Below are positions 1 through 11,535 of a stretch of 64,000 bases of DNA, piece after piece; the first letter of the stretch is position 1, and each line of letters starts with the position of its first letter. The notes beneath the pieces are model-generated. The model made no database searches and was not told the DNA's origin. It saw nothing but the letters and a program-made list of their open reading frames with translations. The DNA lies in assembly GCA_965222605.1 (NCBI GenBank), contig OZ244960.1, forward strand, positions 2,976,001 to 3,040,000. The letters are read 5' to 3'. Made by a program: the position numbers and the translations under genes. This DNA comes from Candidatus Latescibacterota bacterium. Lineage in GTDB: Bacteria > Latescibacterota > UBA2968.

Positions 1-525
1 CAGACGATCGCGCACCCGCTCTGTATCCGTCGCCGGCAAAACCCCCAAACCCAACCCGGTCACAGTGCCCCAAATTGTCGCCGTATCCGGCGCAGTTTTC
101 CGACACACATAAGGCGCGGTATCCACCTCCGCAAGCGTGACACCCCCCACACCCCGTTCGCGCAACAGGGTCGCCCATTCCAACGCGCCCAACGTACCCG
201 GCATCAACACAACCGTATGCTCCGGTCTCAGATAGGGAGCACACGCCAGCGCAAAAGGCTTATGTGCATACGCCGGCACAATCACCAGAATCAGATCCGA
301 GGCATTCAAAGCCACTTCCATATCCGTCGTCAAACTGTGAACCTGTGCCGCCCCCGTCTCCTCAACACCCAACAGATGAATCACGCCACTGTCGCGCACC
401 GGATCGAGCATCTCCCCAAACTCCGGCAATTCGCAAAGCGTAACACCAAACCCCTTCAAAGTCAGATTTGCAGCCGCTGCAAACGCCGTATTACCCCCAC
501 CCAAAATTGTAATATGTTCAGACAT
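1..525 (-). CDS. NAD/NADP octopine/nopaline (opine) dehydrogenase family protein, runs off the window edge
   Basis: Manual translation from ATG 525: MSEHITILGGGNTAFAAAANLTLKG... Rossmann GxGxxA, later VIVPAYAH and LAEVDTAPYVCRK motifs. Confidence 0.8.
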   Translation of the reverse strand, partial: MSEHITILGGGNTAFAAAANLTLKGFGVTLCELPEFGEMLDPVRDSGVIHLLGVEETGAAQVHSLTTDMEVALNASDLILVIVPAYAHKPFALACAPYLRPEHTVVLMPGTLGALEWATLLRERGVGGVTLAEVDTAPYVCRKTAPDTATIWGTVTGLGLGVLPATDTERVRDRL

Positions 526-534
526 GAAAGACCC

Positions 535-1128
535 CTACCAAGACAAATCAGCAATCCGAAGCTCAAACTCCGGCAATTGATCAGACGTATAAACATCGTC
601 CTCTCCCAATTCCCGAGCCAAATAATCGTGCTCCCCACGCGAAAGAACCGTAACGACTTGTCGAAAAGGATCGACAATCACGTATTCTGCCACACCCAGA
701 TCGAAATATTCTCCACGCTTCAAAATATAATCTCGTTCTTCGCTCCCCCTGCTCACAACCTCGAAAACAATGCGGGGAATCCTTTCGTACTGTTGATCGG
801 ACTGCGGTTCATCTTCCGTGAGATAAACGCCGATATCCGCCATGCGATCCTGTCCTGTCCCCGTGCGAATCCACGCCTCTGTCGCTGCCATTTCAATCAT
901 CTCCGGATGGGTCGCATCGTAAAGGGAGAGATCTTTCACAATAGCCCATACCAACCCCAAATGCGTCTTACCACTTGGCGACATAACCACAAGCCTCCCT
1001 TCCACGCGCTCATATCGATAGGGCGTATCGCACTCCGCTCCGGCAAACTCCTCGTCCGTCAGCAACCGCCCCTGATCTTTCAAGCCCAATTTCAATTTTG
1101 TCTCCAGCATAGCCTGACCTCCGTTCAC
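535..1128 (-). CDS. Uma2 family (DUF820) endonuclease-like protein
   Basis: YERVEGRLVVMSPS..H, PRIVFEVVS, KRGEY...GVAEYVIVDP motifs. Confidence 0.85.
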   Translation of the reverse strand: MNGGQAMLETKLKLGLKDQGRLLTDEEFAGAECDTPYRYERVEGRLVVMSPSGKTHLGLVWAIVKDLSLYDATHPEMIEMAATEAWIRTGTGQDRMADIGVYLTEDEPQSDQQYERIPRIVFEVVSRGSEERDYILKRGEYFDLGVAEYVIVDPFRQVVTVLSRGEHDYLARELGEDDVYTSDQLPEFELRIADLSW

Positions 1129-2285
1129 GACTCACTTTTCATCGCCCACTGCCGCTTCTTCTCTCTCATCTCCGCATTCAATTCCACCTCGCGCTGCGGC
1201 GTTTGATTCGCGCTATCCTGTAACCACTCACCTTCGCGCGACTTCTCTACCGGTTGTCGCTGTGCCACATCGAGAATCCCAAATTTGCGATGCGGCTCTT
1301 TTTGATACCAGTAAGCCACAGACGCCATCTCATTCGCCAGATGATTGCCGTGCCCGTGCTCAATCGTCACCTTAATCTCCTCTTCAAACCGCACGGGATT
1401 GGTCAAATGAAACACATAAGACGTCTGATATCCGCCCGTATTCCGCTCGTAAATCGACGACCCATTCATCAAAAACGCATTATCCTGCATCCCCCACGCC
1501 TGATTGAGATAATCTTCGCTACCTGTACCGTGCAACTCCGGCGGCCACTTGTACCCATCCACCCAGATCATATCATCGCCCTCGCCCCACCATGTCCCCT
1601 GAAAATTCGTCACCGACAAATTGCACCCAATATAGTGTCCGACCCCTGTCGCCTCCAGAATCACGTAATTTTCATCCCACGCCTGCCGCTCAACATTGAC
1701 AATATTCGCCTCTGGCGTATTGACGCGAATTTCGTGCCCCCAGCCATCGCACGGATTTTCTCTGTGAAATTGCGCGTGAAAATACGCCGTATCTTCGCCC
1801 CAGGGCGCGTCATATAACTCGTAATCCACATAAAAATATTGCCGATAAGACTCATCGCCCTCATTCGTCACTTCAACGCGTGCAGAGCGATTAAACGGCA
1901 TAAGCAAATAGCAATTCAGCGCGGCATTGGGCACAAACTGATTCTCGCGCTGTGCATTGGCAGACGCGGAAAAAGGCAGCGATTGAAAAGACTTTGAAAT
2001 CCCGTGTCCCAAACAAAAGAAATCTCCCAACGGCACCTCGACACTCGGATCGTCTTCACCATCCCAAAACATCTTCAGGACCACATTGCGAAAAGCACCC
2101 TCCCCGCTTTGCGTCATCCAGATATGCGTAATACAACCCGGCCCATTGAGATCGGCCAACACGCGCGTCTCGCCGCCCTCAATAACCCATGCATCGCCAT
2201 TGCGTCCACTAATATCCCATGACGACGCTCGCAGCGTCCTGGCCTTTTTGGTCTGCGTAAGTGAAGCGAGCATATTGGCGTCCAT
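1125..2285 (-). CDS. DUF2961 / glycoside hydrolase family 172 protein
   Basis: GPGCITHIWMT, VPLGDFF, WWGEGDDM, GTGSEDY motifs. Confidence 0.88.
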   Translation of the reverse strand: MDANMLASLTQTKKARTLRASSWDISGRNGDAWVIEGGETRVLADLNGPGCITHIWMTQSGEGAFRNVVLKMFWDGEDDPSVEVPLGDFFCLGHGISKSFQSLPFSASANAQRENQFVPNAALNCYLLMPFNRSARVEVTNEGDESYRQYFYVDYELYDAPWGEDTAYFHAQFHRENPCDGWGHEIRVNTPEANIVNVERQAWDENYVILEATGVGHYIGCNLSVTNFQGTWWGEGDDMIWVDGYKWPPELHGTGSEDYLNQAWGMQDNAFLMNGSSIYERNTGGYQTSYVFHLTNPVRFEEEIKVTIEHGHGNHLANEMASVAYWYQKEPHRKFGILDVAQRQPVEKSREGEWLQDSANQTPQREVELNAEMREKKRQWAMKSES

Positions 2286-2308
2286 CTCTCCGATCCTTTC
2301 TTTTTAGC

Positions 2309-2383
2309 GGGCGACCACAGGGGGTCGCCCCTACAAAACCAGATTAACAATATCATCGTAGGGGACGGTCCCTGTGCCGTCCC
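2309..2383. repeat. GTAG-type REP doublet
   Basis: GGGCGACCACAGGGGGTCGCCCCTAC (2309-2334) and GTAGGGGACGGTCCCTGTGCCGTCCC (2358-2383): GTAG foot plus GC hairpin, opposite orientations. Confidence 0.75.
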
Positions 2384-2609
2384 GTTCCCCGTGCCCACCC
2401 TATCCACCCCTCTCAACGTCAGAATATTCGGAATTTTATCTATCGCGTCAAAGGTTTTTTTCACGAAAAAAATAATACATCAAAAGATCGTAAAATTTTC
2501 CCTTGCACACATGCGAAACCCGTTTCCCTCAGCCCCGCTTTTTGCCCTAAATCTCGCATATACAGACAATTGGACGCACCCAAAACACAACACCAGTAAA
2601 ATTGCGATT

Positions 2610-2657
2610 TACATATATTTGGTATTGACTTTTTTTTTAGACCACCATATATTGTGC
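2610..2657 (+). promoter_or_regulatory. nrdA sigma70 promoter with tandem NrdR boxes
   Basis: TTGACT(2625)-17 bp-TATATT; NrdR-like boxes TACATATATTTGGTAT (2610) and CCACCATATATTGTGC (2642), 32 bp apart, the second overlapping the -10. Confidence 0.75.
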
Positions 2658-2959
2658 TTGCAGTTGTTAATGAACATTTCTACTCTCCCCTCTCTACAGA
2701 GCCAAAAATCATTACAACTGCGTAAGTTGTTATTTTTTTCGGGAAAACAAATCCATTGTTCGCAGTCTCTCCCCTCCTCTGCGATTGGGATTTCCAACCT
2801 TATGTTTTCCCGATTTGTTGTCTAAAAACAAATCCCCTGGCTCACCTTTTCGACCCTCCCCGTTGTGGCTTTTGTGCAGCGGTTACGGGTTTATTTTTTC
2901 TGCCAGAACGCGCGGGAGCAGGCTTCTATTGGTTCTTGGCTGGCATTTGGGAGGCATGC

Positions 2960-5848
2960 ATGGCCGAAATTGCTGACACTTTACTGGAAGCGGTTGATTT
3001 TGCGGTACGCAAACGCGATGGTCGGGTGGTCGATTTTGACCGCTCGCGCATTGAACGCGCGATTGAGGCAGCATTCAGAGCCGAGTTGGGGCTGTCCAAC
3101 GAACATTCATTGCCGCCCAAAATTGAAACCGATGTGTCGGGACTCACCGACGCTGTTATCGATGAAATTGAAGATGAACTGCACGAGCCGGATGACAGCG
3201 TGGATGTCGAACGCATTCAGGACAAAGTCGAAATCCAATTAATGCGTGCAGGCCATTTTGCGGTCGCGCGACGCTACATCGTCTATCGAGAAGATCACAA
3301 AAAAGCCCGCGTGCTCAGCGGCCAAGAAGAACCCCAGGACCCCAACGCACCCAAACTGCGCGTGCAAACAGCCGACGGCAAGCGCGAACCCCTGGATGCC
3401 AACCGCATTCGCACCGAGGTATTTGCCGTTTGCGATGAAGAAGTAGATCCCCAGGCTCTGCTCAATGAGATATATCGCTCCCTCTACGACGACATCAAAC
3501 CCGACGATATTGAACGCGCCATGGTCCTATCAGCGCGCAGTCGCGTAGAAAAAGAACCCGCCTATAGCAAAGTTGCAATGCGATTGCTGCTCAACGTGAT
3601 CTATCGCCACGCCCTGGGATTCAAGCCCGCGCTTGAAGACAGGGACAACGCCTGTCGGCAGGGATTTGCAAAATTTATTGAAACGGGCATTGAAAACGAC
3701 CGTTTAGATCCCAAACTGCGCGATTATGATCTGGAGCGTCTATCTGCGGCCTTAAAACCCGAACGCGATGAAGACTTTGAGTACCTGGGCGTGCAAACGA
3801 TCTTTGATCGCTACTTGCTCCACGTCAACGAGCGCCGCATTGAGACCCCGCAGTTCTTCTGGATGCGCGTGGCCATGGGCCTGTCCTGGGATGAATATGA
3901 CAAAGAGGCACGCGCCATTCAATTTTACGAAGTGCTCTCTTCCTTCCGATTTGTCTCTGCCACACCCACCCTGTTCAATGCCGGCACCCTGCATCCGCAG
4001 TTGTCCTCGTGTTATCTATCAACCGCGCAAGATGACCTGGAACACATTTTCAAAATGGTATCCGACAATGCCAAATTGTCCAAATGGGCGGGTGGTCTGG
4101 GCAATGACTGGACAAATGTGCGCGCGACAAATTCTTATATCCGCGGCACAAATGGCAAAAGCCAGGGCGTAATTCCATTTTTGAAAGTGGTGAACGATAC
4201 CGCAGTTGCCGTCAACCAGGGCGGAAAACGCAAAGGGGCGGTATGCTCCTATTTGGAAACGTGGCACCTGGACATCGAAGATTTTATGGAGTTGCGCAAA
4301 AACACGGGTGATGACCGCCGCCGCACGCACGATATGAACACGGCCAACTGGATCCCCGATCTGTTTATGAAGCGCGTCATGGAAAAGGGAACCTGGACCC
4401 TGTTCAGCCCGGATGAAGTCTCCGACTTGCACGATTTGTACGGCAAAGCATTTGAAGAAAAATACATCGCGTATGAACAAAAAGCCGAAGCCGGAGAATT
4501 GCAACAACATCGCCAGATCGATGCCGTGCAACTGTGGCGAAAAATGTTGTCCATGCTCTTTGAAACCGGGCACCCGTGGATCACATTTAAAGACCCGTCC
4601 AATATCCGCTCGCCCCAGGATCACACAGGCGTTGTCCACAGCTCGAATTTGTGTACTGAAATATTGTTGAACACGAGCCGCGAAGAAACCGCGGTGTGCA
4701 ACCTCGGCTCTGTGAATCTCGTGGCGCATATCACACCCACCGGCCTCAACCGCGAATTGCTGGAAGATACGATATCTACGGCACTTCGGATGCTGGACAA
4801 TGTAATCGACATCAATTTTTATCCCACAGACGAAGCCGCCACATCCAACAAACGCCACCGGCCAGTGGGCCTGGGCATCATGGGATTTCAGGACGCGCTC
4901 TATCTGTTGAATTTGCCATACGATTCGCAAGGCGCGGTTGACTTTGCCGACGTGAGCATGGAAATGATCTCGTATTACGCGATCCTGGCCTCAACGCGCC
5001 TGGCCGAAGAACGCGGCCCATATCACTCCTACATCGGTTCAAAATGGGACCGCGGCATTTTGCCCATCGACACCTTGATGATATTGGAACAGGAACGGGG
5101 GTCGTACTGTGAAGTGGATATGTCCGCGCGTCTCGACTGGAATGTCGTGCGCGAAGCAGTCGCCCAACACGGCATGCGAAACAGCAATGTGATGGCCATT
5201 GCCCCAACCGCCACCATTTCGAATATCTCGGGCGTGACGCAGTCCATCGAGCCGATGTATCGCAACCTGTATGTGAAAGCAAATCTGTCAGGTGATTTTA
5301 CAGTATTAAATCCCTACATGGTTGATGCCTTAAAAGCGCGCGATCTGTGGGATGACCAGATGGTAGATGATCTGAAGTATTTCGACGGATCAGTCCAGGA
5401 AATCGATCGCGTCCCACAAGACATCAAAGACCTCTACAAAACCGCATTTGAAGTGGCACCCGAGTGGCTCATCGAATGCGCCAGCCGCCGGCAAAAATGG
5501 ATCGATATGGGACAATCGCTGAATCTGTACATCGCAGCACCCAGCGGCAAGGCATTGGACGACATGTATAAACTCGCCTGGGTGCGCGGGCTGAAAACCA
5601 CGTACTACTTGCGCTCGCTCGCCGCGACGCAGATCGAAAAATCCACCATGGACATCAACAAACGCGGCGTCCAGCCCCGGTGGATGCAGTCCAAATCCGC
5701 TTCCAGCGATGTGCAAGTGCAACGCGAAGAAGCACCTGTGGACTCGCCTCCGTCCAATGGACAGGCACACCCCCAGGCCCCTGCCACCCCAGGCCCAACG
5801 GCTGCATCCTGCGATATTACAGACGGGACATGTGAGGCGTGTCAGTAG
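2960..5848 (+). CDS. nrdA: Ribonucleoside-diphosphate reductase alpha subunit with two N-terminal ATP-cones
   Basis: [20 protein letters not shown] cone, [27 protein letters not shown]-terminal CEAC; GGAGG RBS before ATG 2960. Confidence 0.97.
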   Translation: MAEIADTLLEAVDFAVRKRDGRVVDFDRSRIERAIEAAFRAELGLSNEHSLPPKIETDVSGLTDAVIDEIEDELHEPDDSVDVERIQDKVEIQLMRAGHFAVARRYIVYREDHKKARVLSGQEEPQDPNAPKLRVQTADGKREPLDANRIRTEVFAVCDEEVDPQALLNEIYRSLYDDIKPDDIERAMVLSARSRVEKEPAYSKVAMRLLLNVIYRHALGFKPALEDRDNACRQGFAKFIETGIENDRLDPKLRDYDLERLSAALKPERDEDFEYLGVQTIFDRYLLHVNERRIETPQFFWMRVAMGLSWDEYDKEARAIQFYEVLSSFRFVSATPTLFNAGTLHPQLSSCYLSTAQDDLEHIFKMVSDNAKLSKWAGGLGNDWTNVRATNSYIRGTNGKSQGVIPFLKVVNDTAVAVNQGGKRKGAVCSYLETWHLDIEDFMELRKNTGDDRRRTHDMNTANWIPDLFMKRVMEKGTWTLFSPDEVSDLHDLYGKAFEEKYIAYEQKAEAGELQQHRQIDAVQLWRKMLSMLFETGHPWITFKDPSNIRSPQDHTGVVHSSNLCTEILLNTSREETAVCNLGSVNLVAHITPTGLNRELLEDTISTALRMLDNVIDINFYPTDEAATSNKRHRPVGLGIMGFQDALYLLNLPYDSQGAVDFADVSMEMISYYAILASTRLAEERGPYHSYIGSKWDRGILPIDTLMILEQERGSYCEVDMSARLDWNVVREAVAQHGMRNSNVMAIAPTATISNISGVTQSIEPMYRNLYVKANLSGDFTVLNPYMVDALKARDLWDDQMVDDLKYFDGSVQEIDRVPQDIKDLYKTAFEVAPEWLIECASRRQKWIDMGQSLNLYIAAPSGKALDDMYKLAWVRGLKTTYYLRSLAATQIEKSTMDINKRGVQPRWMQSKSASSDVQVQREEAPVDSPPSNGQAHPQAPATPGPTAASCDITDGTCEACQ

Positions 5849-5878
5849 AGCAGTCAGCTAACATAGAGGAGTTGTCGT

Positions 5879-7075
5879 ATGTCTAAGCTCGTATTTGAAG
5901 ACGAAGACGTTGAAAATCACGCAAATATGGAATACAACAAAGCCAACCACGGCACTTACGCACAGCCCAACGGTATTACCCATTCTTCTATGGAAGAATC
6001 GGAAAACACGACATCCGCGCTGTGTTGTGGCGCCACTGGAGAGGCGTATAACTTGAGCAAGCGCATCAACCCGGAAGACAAGCGAATGCTCAACTGCCGG
6101 CAGGTGGATGTAAACCAGTTGATGCCCCTCAAATACGAATGGGCATGGGAGCACTATCTCAATGGGTGTGCCAATCACTGGATGCCGACAGAAGTCCCGA
6201 TGCAACGCGATATTGAACTCTGGCGTTCAAATGCACTAAACGACGCCGAGCGAAAAGTCATCTTGCGAAACCTCGGATTCTTCAGCACGGGTGAAAGCCT
6301 CGTCGGCAACAACATCGTACTCGCAATCTTCAAACACATCACAAACTCCGAAGCGCGACAATACCTCTTGCGCCAGGCATTTGAAGAAGCCATACACACC
6401 CACACATTCCACTACATCGTCGAATCCCTGGGCCTGAACGCACGCGAAGTATTTAACATGTATCACGAAGTCGCCTCCATCGAAGGCAAAGACAAATTTG
6501 TAATGGAACTAACCGAAGATGTGTTAGATCCCAACTTCTCAACACAAAGCATTGAAGGCATTCAGAAATTCGTGAAAAACCTCATCGGCTTCTATGTCAT
6601 CATGGAAGGCATATTCTTTTACAGCGGCTTTGTCATGATCCTATCCTTCCATCGGCAAAACCGCATGACCGGCATTGGCGAACAATTCCAGTATATCTTG
6701 CGCGACGAGACCATTCATCTGAACTTTGGCATCGACTTAATCAACACCATCAAATTGGAAAACCCGAAAATATGGACACCGGAATTGCAACGCGACATCT
6801 ACGACCTCATTCACGAAGCCGTGGAATACGAAGTGATCTATGCGCGAGACTGCGTGCCCGACGGCGTCCTGGGCCTCAATGAAGAATTATTCCGAGAATA
6901 CGTACAATTTATTGCCGACCGCCGGCTAGAACGAATCGGCCTACAAAGCGTATATGGATCGAAAAATCCATTTCCGTGGATGGGCGAAACCATTGACATC
7001 GCAAAAGAAAAGAACTTCTTTGAAACGCGCGTGACAGATTATCAAAGTGCGGGAGCCTTGAAGTGGGATGATTAA
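5879..7075 (+). CDS. nrdB: Ribonucleotide reductase beta subunit, class Ic (R2c) signature
   Basis: FFSTGESLV (Glu first ligand), [11 protein letters not shown] (Phe at radical Tyr position), [26 protein letters not shown]. Confidence 0.95.
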   Translation: MSKLVFEDEDVENHANMEYNKANHGTYAQPNGITHSSMEESENTTSALCCGATGEAYNLSKRINPEDKRMLNCRQVDVNQLMPLKYEWAWEHYLNGCANHWMPTEVPMQRDIELWRSNALNDAERKVILRNLGFFSTGESLVGNNIVLAIFKHITNSEARQYLLRQAFEEAIHTHTFHYIVESLGLNAREVFNMYHEVASIEGKDKFVMELTEDVLDPNFSTQSIEGIQKFVKNLIGFYVIMEGIFFYSGFVMILSFHRQNRMTGIGEQFQYILRDETIHLNFGIDLINTIKLENPKIWTPELQRDIYDLIHEAVEYEVIYARDCVPDGVLGLNEELFREYVQFIADRRLERIGLQSVYGSKNPFPWMGETIDIAKEKNFFETRVTDYQSAGALKWDD

Positions 7076-7135
7076 ACCTGAAACTTTGACCGGAATTTAT
7101 TCAGGCTGACGGGGGAAGGAAAATCAGAGCCTGGT

Positions 7136-7172
7136 ACAGGGTGGGAGACAAACGTCTTCCACCCTGTTTTTT
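7136..7172 (+). terminator. Intrinsic terminator between convergent nrdB and epmA
   Basis: ACAGGGTGG...CCACCCTGT stem followed by T-tract. Confidence 0.65.
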
Positions 7173-8425
7173 TAAAGATCGGACACCGGAAAAGCCATAA
7201 CCTCGCCTATAGAAGAGGCACCTGTAAGAAGCATAATAAGACGATCCACCCCAAGCGCAATACCCCCCGAAGGTGGCATCCCATATTCGAGAGCCGAAAG
7301 AAAACACTCGTCAATGGGATAAACGGGATTCCCCTCACGCACGCGCTGGGCGGCTTCCTCTTCCAAACGCTGGCGTTGTTCATCCGGATCATTCAACTCT
7401 GTAAACGCATTGCACAACTCCACCCCCGCAATATAAACCTCAAAACGCTCGGCCAGATCTGGCGCGCTGGACTTGCGCCTGGCAAGAGCCGCCATCGGCG
7501 CGGGATAGTCGTATAGAATCGTCGGCTTTTGCGTACCCAGGTGTGGCTCAACCCTATCGAGAAACACCTTAAAAAACGCGACCTCCGGCGAATCATTCTT
7601 ATCAACCGTCAAATGTCCCGCCTGTCTGATAAAAGCAGCAGTATCCGAATACGGATCAGCAGCAATACCCGCATAGCGCAACATCGCATCCCGCACAGTA
7701 AGACGCTCCCACGGCGGCGTCAGATCAACCGCGCACTGATCCGTCCGCACAACAGGCTCTCCGTGTAAATTCGTTGCGAGTCCGGCAATCAGATATTCTG
7801 TATCCACCATAATATGGGTATAATCCGCGTACGCCCGATACCACTCCAGCATGGTAAACTCCGGCGTATGCATCCTGCCAACAGACTCGTGCCGAAACAC
7901 CTTGCAAATCTGGTATATCCGTTCAAACCCAGCCGCGAGCAGGCGTTTCATCGCATATTCAGGCGAAGTATGCAGATAAAACTGGCGCATCTCATACGTC
8001 GTCTGAAACGCCTCAAGATGCGGCTCCATACCCGGTTGCGGCACCATCAGAGGGGTATCAACCTCCACAAAACCCTTCTCATCAAAAAATCGGCGAATAC
8101 CCGCAATAATCCTGGCGCGCTTGCGCAAATTAGCCTGCACGCTCTGGAATAAAGACGCATCAGCATCACGAGAAGGCACCAGCACCCGCAGCCCTGTAGC
8201 ACAAAAAACATCGTCTTCAAAACAGCCCTCAACCTCCACAATATCCCCAACCCGTGCCTCGGCCGCAGTATTAAAACACAGGCACACCGTTCCCGTCTCA
8301 TCGGAAAGCACATCTCGACCTGCAAGCCGCCCGGCCACAACCGCAAACTCACCCGCCTGCAGTTCACAAATGCGATGCGTACGCTTACATCGTGCGGGAT
8401 AGTGAGAAGATGGATAATCGCGCAT
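7172..8425 (-). CDS. epmA: EF-P lysine aminoacylase EpmA/GenX with extra N-terminal OB-fold-like domain
   Basis: LHTSPEYAMKRLLAAG, HTPEFTMLEWYR, ERFEVY, GMPPSGGIALGVDRL. Confidence 0.88.
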   Translation of the reverse strand: MRDYPSSHYPARCKRTHRICELQAGEFAVVAGRLAGRDVLSDETGTVCLCFNTAAEARVGDIVEVEGCFEDDVFCATGLRVLVPSRDADASLFQSVQANLRKRARIIAGIRRFFDEKGFVEVDTPLMVPQPGMEPHLEAFQTTYEMRQFYLHTSPEYAMKRLLAAGFERIYQICKVFRHESVGRMHTPEFTMLEWYRAYADYTHIMVDTEYLIAGLATNLHGEPVVRTDQCAVDLTPPWERLTVRDAMLRYAGIAADPYSDTAAFIRQAGHLTVDKNDSPEVAFFKVFLDRVEPHLGTQKPTILYDYPAPMAALARRKSSAPDLAERFEVYIAGVELCNAFTELNDPDEQRQRLEEEAAQRVREGNPVYPIDECFLSALEYGMPPSGGIALGVDRLIMLLTGASSIGEVMAFPVSDL

Positions 8426-8533
8426 ATTGTCCTTAACTCATCAATTGACGGTGAAATACGATCTTATATATTACGTGTTATTGCCTCTTTAACACAAAAA
8501 ATTTAACTCTCCCTACAAACAAAAGGAAATCCC

Positions 8534-9379
8534 ATGCGCCCCTACATCTGTTGTCACAACCACATCGGACGAACCATTAACCGCGTACCCACCGTAGGAC
8601 AAAACACCCAAATGTGTTTATCCCGATTTGCCGAAACCGATATTCACGCAACCATATCAATGCCAACAGCCGTGGGAAGCCCAATCACGCGGGGAATTCG
8701 AGACATACGGGAACAAAACGAAGCGGTTGCCCGCGCGTGCAAAAAATTTCCAGACGTATTTCCCATTGGCATGGCACTCATCGAGCCGCGATTCGGAGAA
8801 CTCGGCATCGATGAAGCCGAAAAAGCCATGGACGACCTGGGCCTCGTCGGAATAGCCGGGCATCCCCCGATGAAAGAAGAAATCCTCCCCATGGTAGAAG
8901 TCGCAGCCGCGCGAAACGGACTGTGCAACCTGCACTGGCACGACAAATTAATGGACCACACCGCCCGAACCTTTTCGAATGCACAATTTATCGTACACGC
9001 CAGTACATGGGCCGCAGAAAACCTGTCACAACACGACAACATCTGGTTCGAAGTCGTGCAATATCCCGATGGACGGAATTCCACATGGGACTTCAAATGG
9101 TTTGCCGATAAAGTCGGGCGCGAGCGACTCATCTTTGGCGCAGACCTGCCGTATTACGACTACCGCTTTCTCCAGCGCGTAATTGAAGAAGCCGACTGCG
9201 ATGACGACTTGAAAGATCGAATCGCCTATCGAAATGTCATGACCCTGATCGAACACTACAAACCGGGCTGGACATTGCCGACGCACCCGCCTCAAGCACC
9301 CCGAATGTACGACCCGGAGCTACTCTGGGCGTGCAAACCAGATCAACCAGATCGGTTGATCGTGGATATCTTGCCCTAA
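8534..9379 (+). CDS. Amidohydrolase family protein
   Basis: N-terminal CHNH metal motif, ERLIFGADLPY. Confidence 0.7.
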   Translation: MRPYICCHNHIGRTINRVPTVGQNTQMCLSRFAETDIHATISMPTAVGSPITRGIRDIREQNEAVARACKKFPDVFPIGMALIEPRFGELGIDEAEKAMDDLGLVGIAGHPPMKEEILPMVEVAAARNGLCNLHWHDKLMDHTARTFSNAQFIVHASTWAAENLSQHDNIWFEVVQYPDGRNSTWDFKWFADKVGRERLIFGADLPYYDYRFLQRVIEEADCDDDLKDRIAYRNVMTLIEHYKPGWTLPTHPPQAPRMYDPELLWACKPDQPDRLIVDILP

Positions 9380-9388
9380 GGCACAAAA

Positions 9389-10768
9389 ATGACCGACAAA
9401 CGACCAAATATAATCGTATTTTTAACCGACGACCAGGGCTATGGCGACCTGGGAATCTACGGAAACCCGGACCTGGACACGCCCCACATCGACCGCATCG
9501 GGCGGGAAGGGCTATGCCTGAATCAGCACTACACCGCATCGCCAATATGCGCGCCTGCCCGGGCATCCTTTTTAACCGGCCGCTACAATCACCGCGTAGG
9601 CGCATTGAGCGTAGAGTCAAACCGCGGCCTGGACAGAATTGCACTGGAGGAATCCACAATCGCGGATTTATTCAAAGCAAACGGCTATGCAACGGGAATG
9701 GTGGGAAAATGGCACAACGGACTACACGACATGCGGTATCATCCGAATAACCGGGGATTCGATGAATTCGCGGGATTCTTGAACGGCGGAATGAATTACT
9801 GGAACTGGATCATCGAATACAACGGACAGCCGAAGTGGTCAGACGGCCGGTATCTGACAGACGTATTCACACAGGACGCCATCGAATTTATCAATCGGCA
9901 CAAAACACAGCCGTTTTTTCTCTACGTAGCCTACAACGCGCCACACGGACCACTCGAAGCGCCGGAAGAAGACGTCCAGCCCTTTGAAGAAATGGAAAAA
10001 TTCACCCGGGCCGTATGTCTCACCTACGGAATGATCCGGCGGATGGATACCGGAATCGGACAAATCCTGGATACACTCGAACAACACGACCTGGCGGAAA
10101 ATACAATAGTACTTTACACCAGCGACAACGGACCTACTTACCTCGGCAAAGGAGAAAACGACCAGACGCGCTACAACGGACCGTTTCGGGGAATGAAATA
10201 CGATGTGCTCGAAGGGGGAATCCGCGTACCGGGCCTGATCCGCTGGCCCGCGGGCTTGCCGCAGGGCAAGACCTATGACGGAATGCTGCACTTTACAGAC
10301 TGGATGCCCACGCTATTGCACGCCTGCGGAATTGATACGCAGCCGCCCTCAGACGGAATGGATGTCATGTCCGCATTACAGGGAGAACCCGAGAAACTCC
10401 CGACCAAACGTTTCTGGCAATTCAACCGCTATGACCCCGTCGGCACATGCAATGCAGCGATGCGAGACGGGGAATGGAAGCTCTACTGGCCCCGCATTGA
10501 AGAAGCCATGCAAAAAATGAAATCGGACAATCCGCCATACCAGAAAAATCACGAAGTCCCGCATTTTCTGATGAACGTGGAAAATCCACCCGTGGAACGA
10601 ACACTATCACCGCCCGGTGACCCGGAACTTTACAATATTGAAAACGACCCGCACGAAAACATCAACCTCGCGCGACAACAGACAGACCGCGTACATCGCA
10701 TGAAACGCGAACTGGAAACGTGGTTTGAAGCCATAGAAGCAGATCGGCGAAGCATCGCACCTTTATGA
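9389..10768 (+). CDS. Arylsulfatase (Cys-type)
   Basis: PNIIVFLTDDQG, CAPARASFLTG, GKWHNG, SDNG. Confidence 0.93.
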   Translation: MTDKRPNIIVFLTDDQGYGDLGIYGNPDLDTPHIDRIGREGLCLNQHYTASPICAPARASFLTGRYNHRVGALSVESNRGLDRIALEESTIADLFKANGYATGMVGKWHNGLHDMRYHPNNRGFDEFAGFLNGGMNYWNWIIEYNGQPKWSDGRYLTDVFTQDAIEFINRHKTQPFFLYVAYNAPHGPLEAPEEDVQPFEEMEKFTRAVCLTYGMIRRMDTGIGQILDTLEQHDLAENTIVLYTSDNGPTYLGKGENDQTRYNGPFRGMKYDVLEGGIRVPGLIRWPAGLPQGKTYDGMLHFTDWMPTLLHACGIDTQPPSDGMDVMSALQGEPEKLPTKRFWQFNRYDPVGTCNAAMRDGEWKLYWPRIEEAMQKMKSDNPPYQKNHEVPHFLMNVENPPVERTLSPPGDPELYNIENDPHENINLARQQTDRVHRMKRELETWFEAIEADRRSIAPL

Positions 10769-10797
10769 TGTCACAGATAACACGCCAATGAGCCGCC

Positions 10798-11535
10798 CTA
10801 TTCAACCGCAAACAACCGGTTGCGCGCTGGCAGACTGACGATCTTCGAGAAGTGGTAGATCTGCAAATCGGGGTGGTCGGGATCGACCGTGGTGGGCACT
10901 TCGATCACGAAATCGGCGAAGTCAGGCGCATTAAAGGCCACGAAGGCCAGCGCCAGGCAGTCGATGAGTCGCTCGGGACGCACCGAAAGGTCCGGAAAAG
11001 CGATCGGACCGGTATCGACTTGGTAGCGGTCGTCGTCACGGCGGGTGTTCATCGTCTTAACCGGGCATTCAATCAGTGCCCGAAGGCCGGTATCGTCGTT
11101 GCGGATCTCGGTCTGCGAGACCAGCGGCGCGAACCGGTACGTCTCCTCGCGGATCGCCGCGTTCGTCGGCAACTCGCGAATCGTCGAGCCTTCGACAAGG
11201 TGCAGGTCATAACCGCCGAACATCTCCGTGTACGGTCGCGTTTCCCGGTAGCGGTCGCTGAGATAGGCATGACGCCTGAAGATGAGACAGTACTCGGCAC
11301 TAAAGATCGGCAGGAAATCGTAATTGTCCCGCTGAAACAGATCCTTCTCGTGAAAGGTATTCTCGCTCTTGCATGAGCCTGTCTGGTAGAAATCTTCACA
11401 GATCCCCCGCCTGTCGTCAATGACGCGGGTGCGCGATTCAATCCAGAAGCGTGCCTCATTGGCGTGCCCCTTCCCGATCAGGAACGAGCGCCCGTAATCC
11501 AGCGGGGTCATGGCGGTTTGTGTATAGTCACTCAT
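10798..11535 (-). CDS. Hypothetical protein
   Basis: Long ORF with GAGGAGGG RBS; no recognised motif. Confidence 0.6.
   Translation of the reverse strand: MSDYTQTAMTPLDYGRSFLIGKGHANEARFWIESRTRVIDDRRGICEDFYQTGSCKSENTFHEKDLFQRDNYDFLPIFSAEYCLIFRRHAYLSDRYRETRPYTEMFGGYDLHLVEGSTIRELPTNAAIREETYRFAPLVSQTEIRNDDTGLRALIECPVKTMNTRRDDDRYQVDTGPIAFPDLSVRPERLIDCLALAFVAFNAPDFADFVIEVPTTVDPDHPDLQIYHFSKIVSLPARNRLFAVE

Noticed and set aside
217-1206. 329-aa plus-strand ORF and the many other long antisense/overlapping ORFs
   Set aside because: They shadow well-supported genes on the other strand and have no recognisable motifs.
2713-2731. TACAACTGCGTAAGTTGT, resembling the mini-element
   Set aside because: Lacks the CGG foot and the CAGTTCA end; at most a chance or heavily degenerate match.
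2756-2959. N-terminal extension of NrdA in the ORF track
   Set aside because: A strong RBS precedes ATG 2960 and the ATP-cone begins right after; the extension is probably leader sequence.
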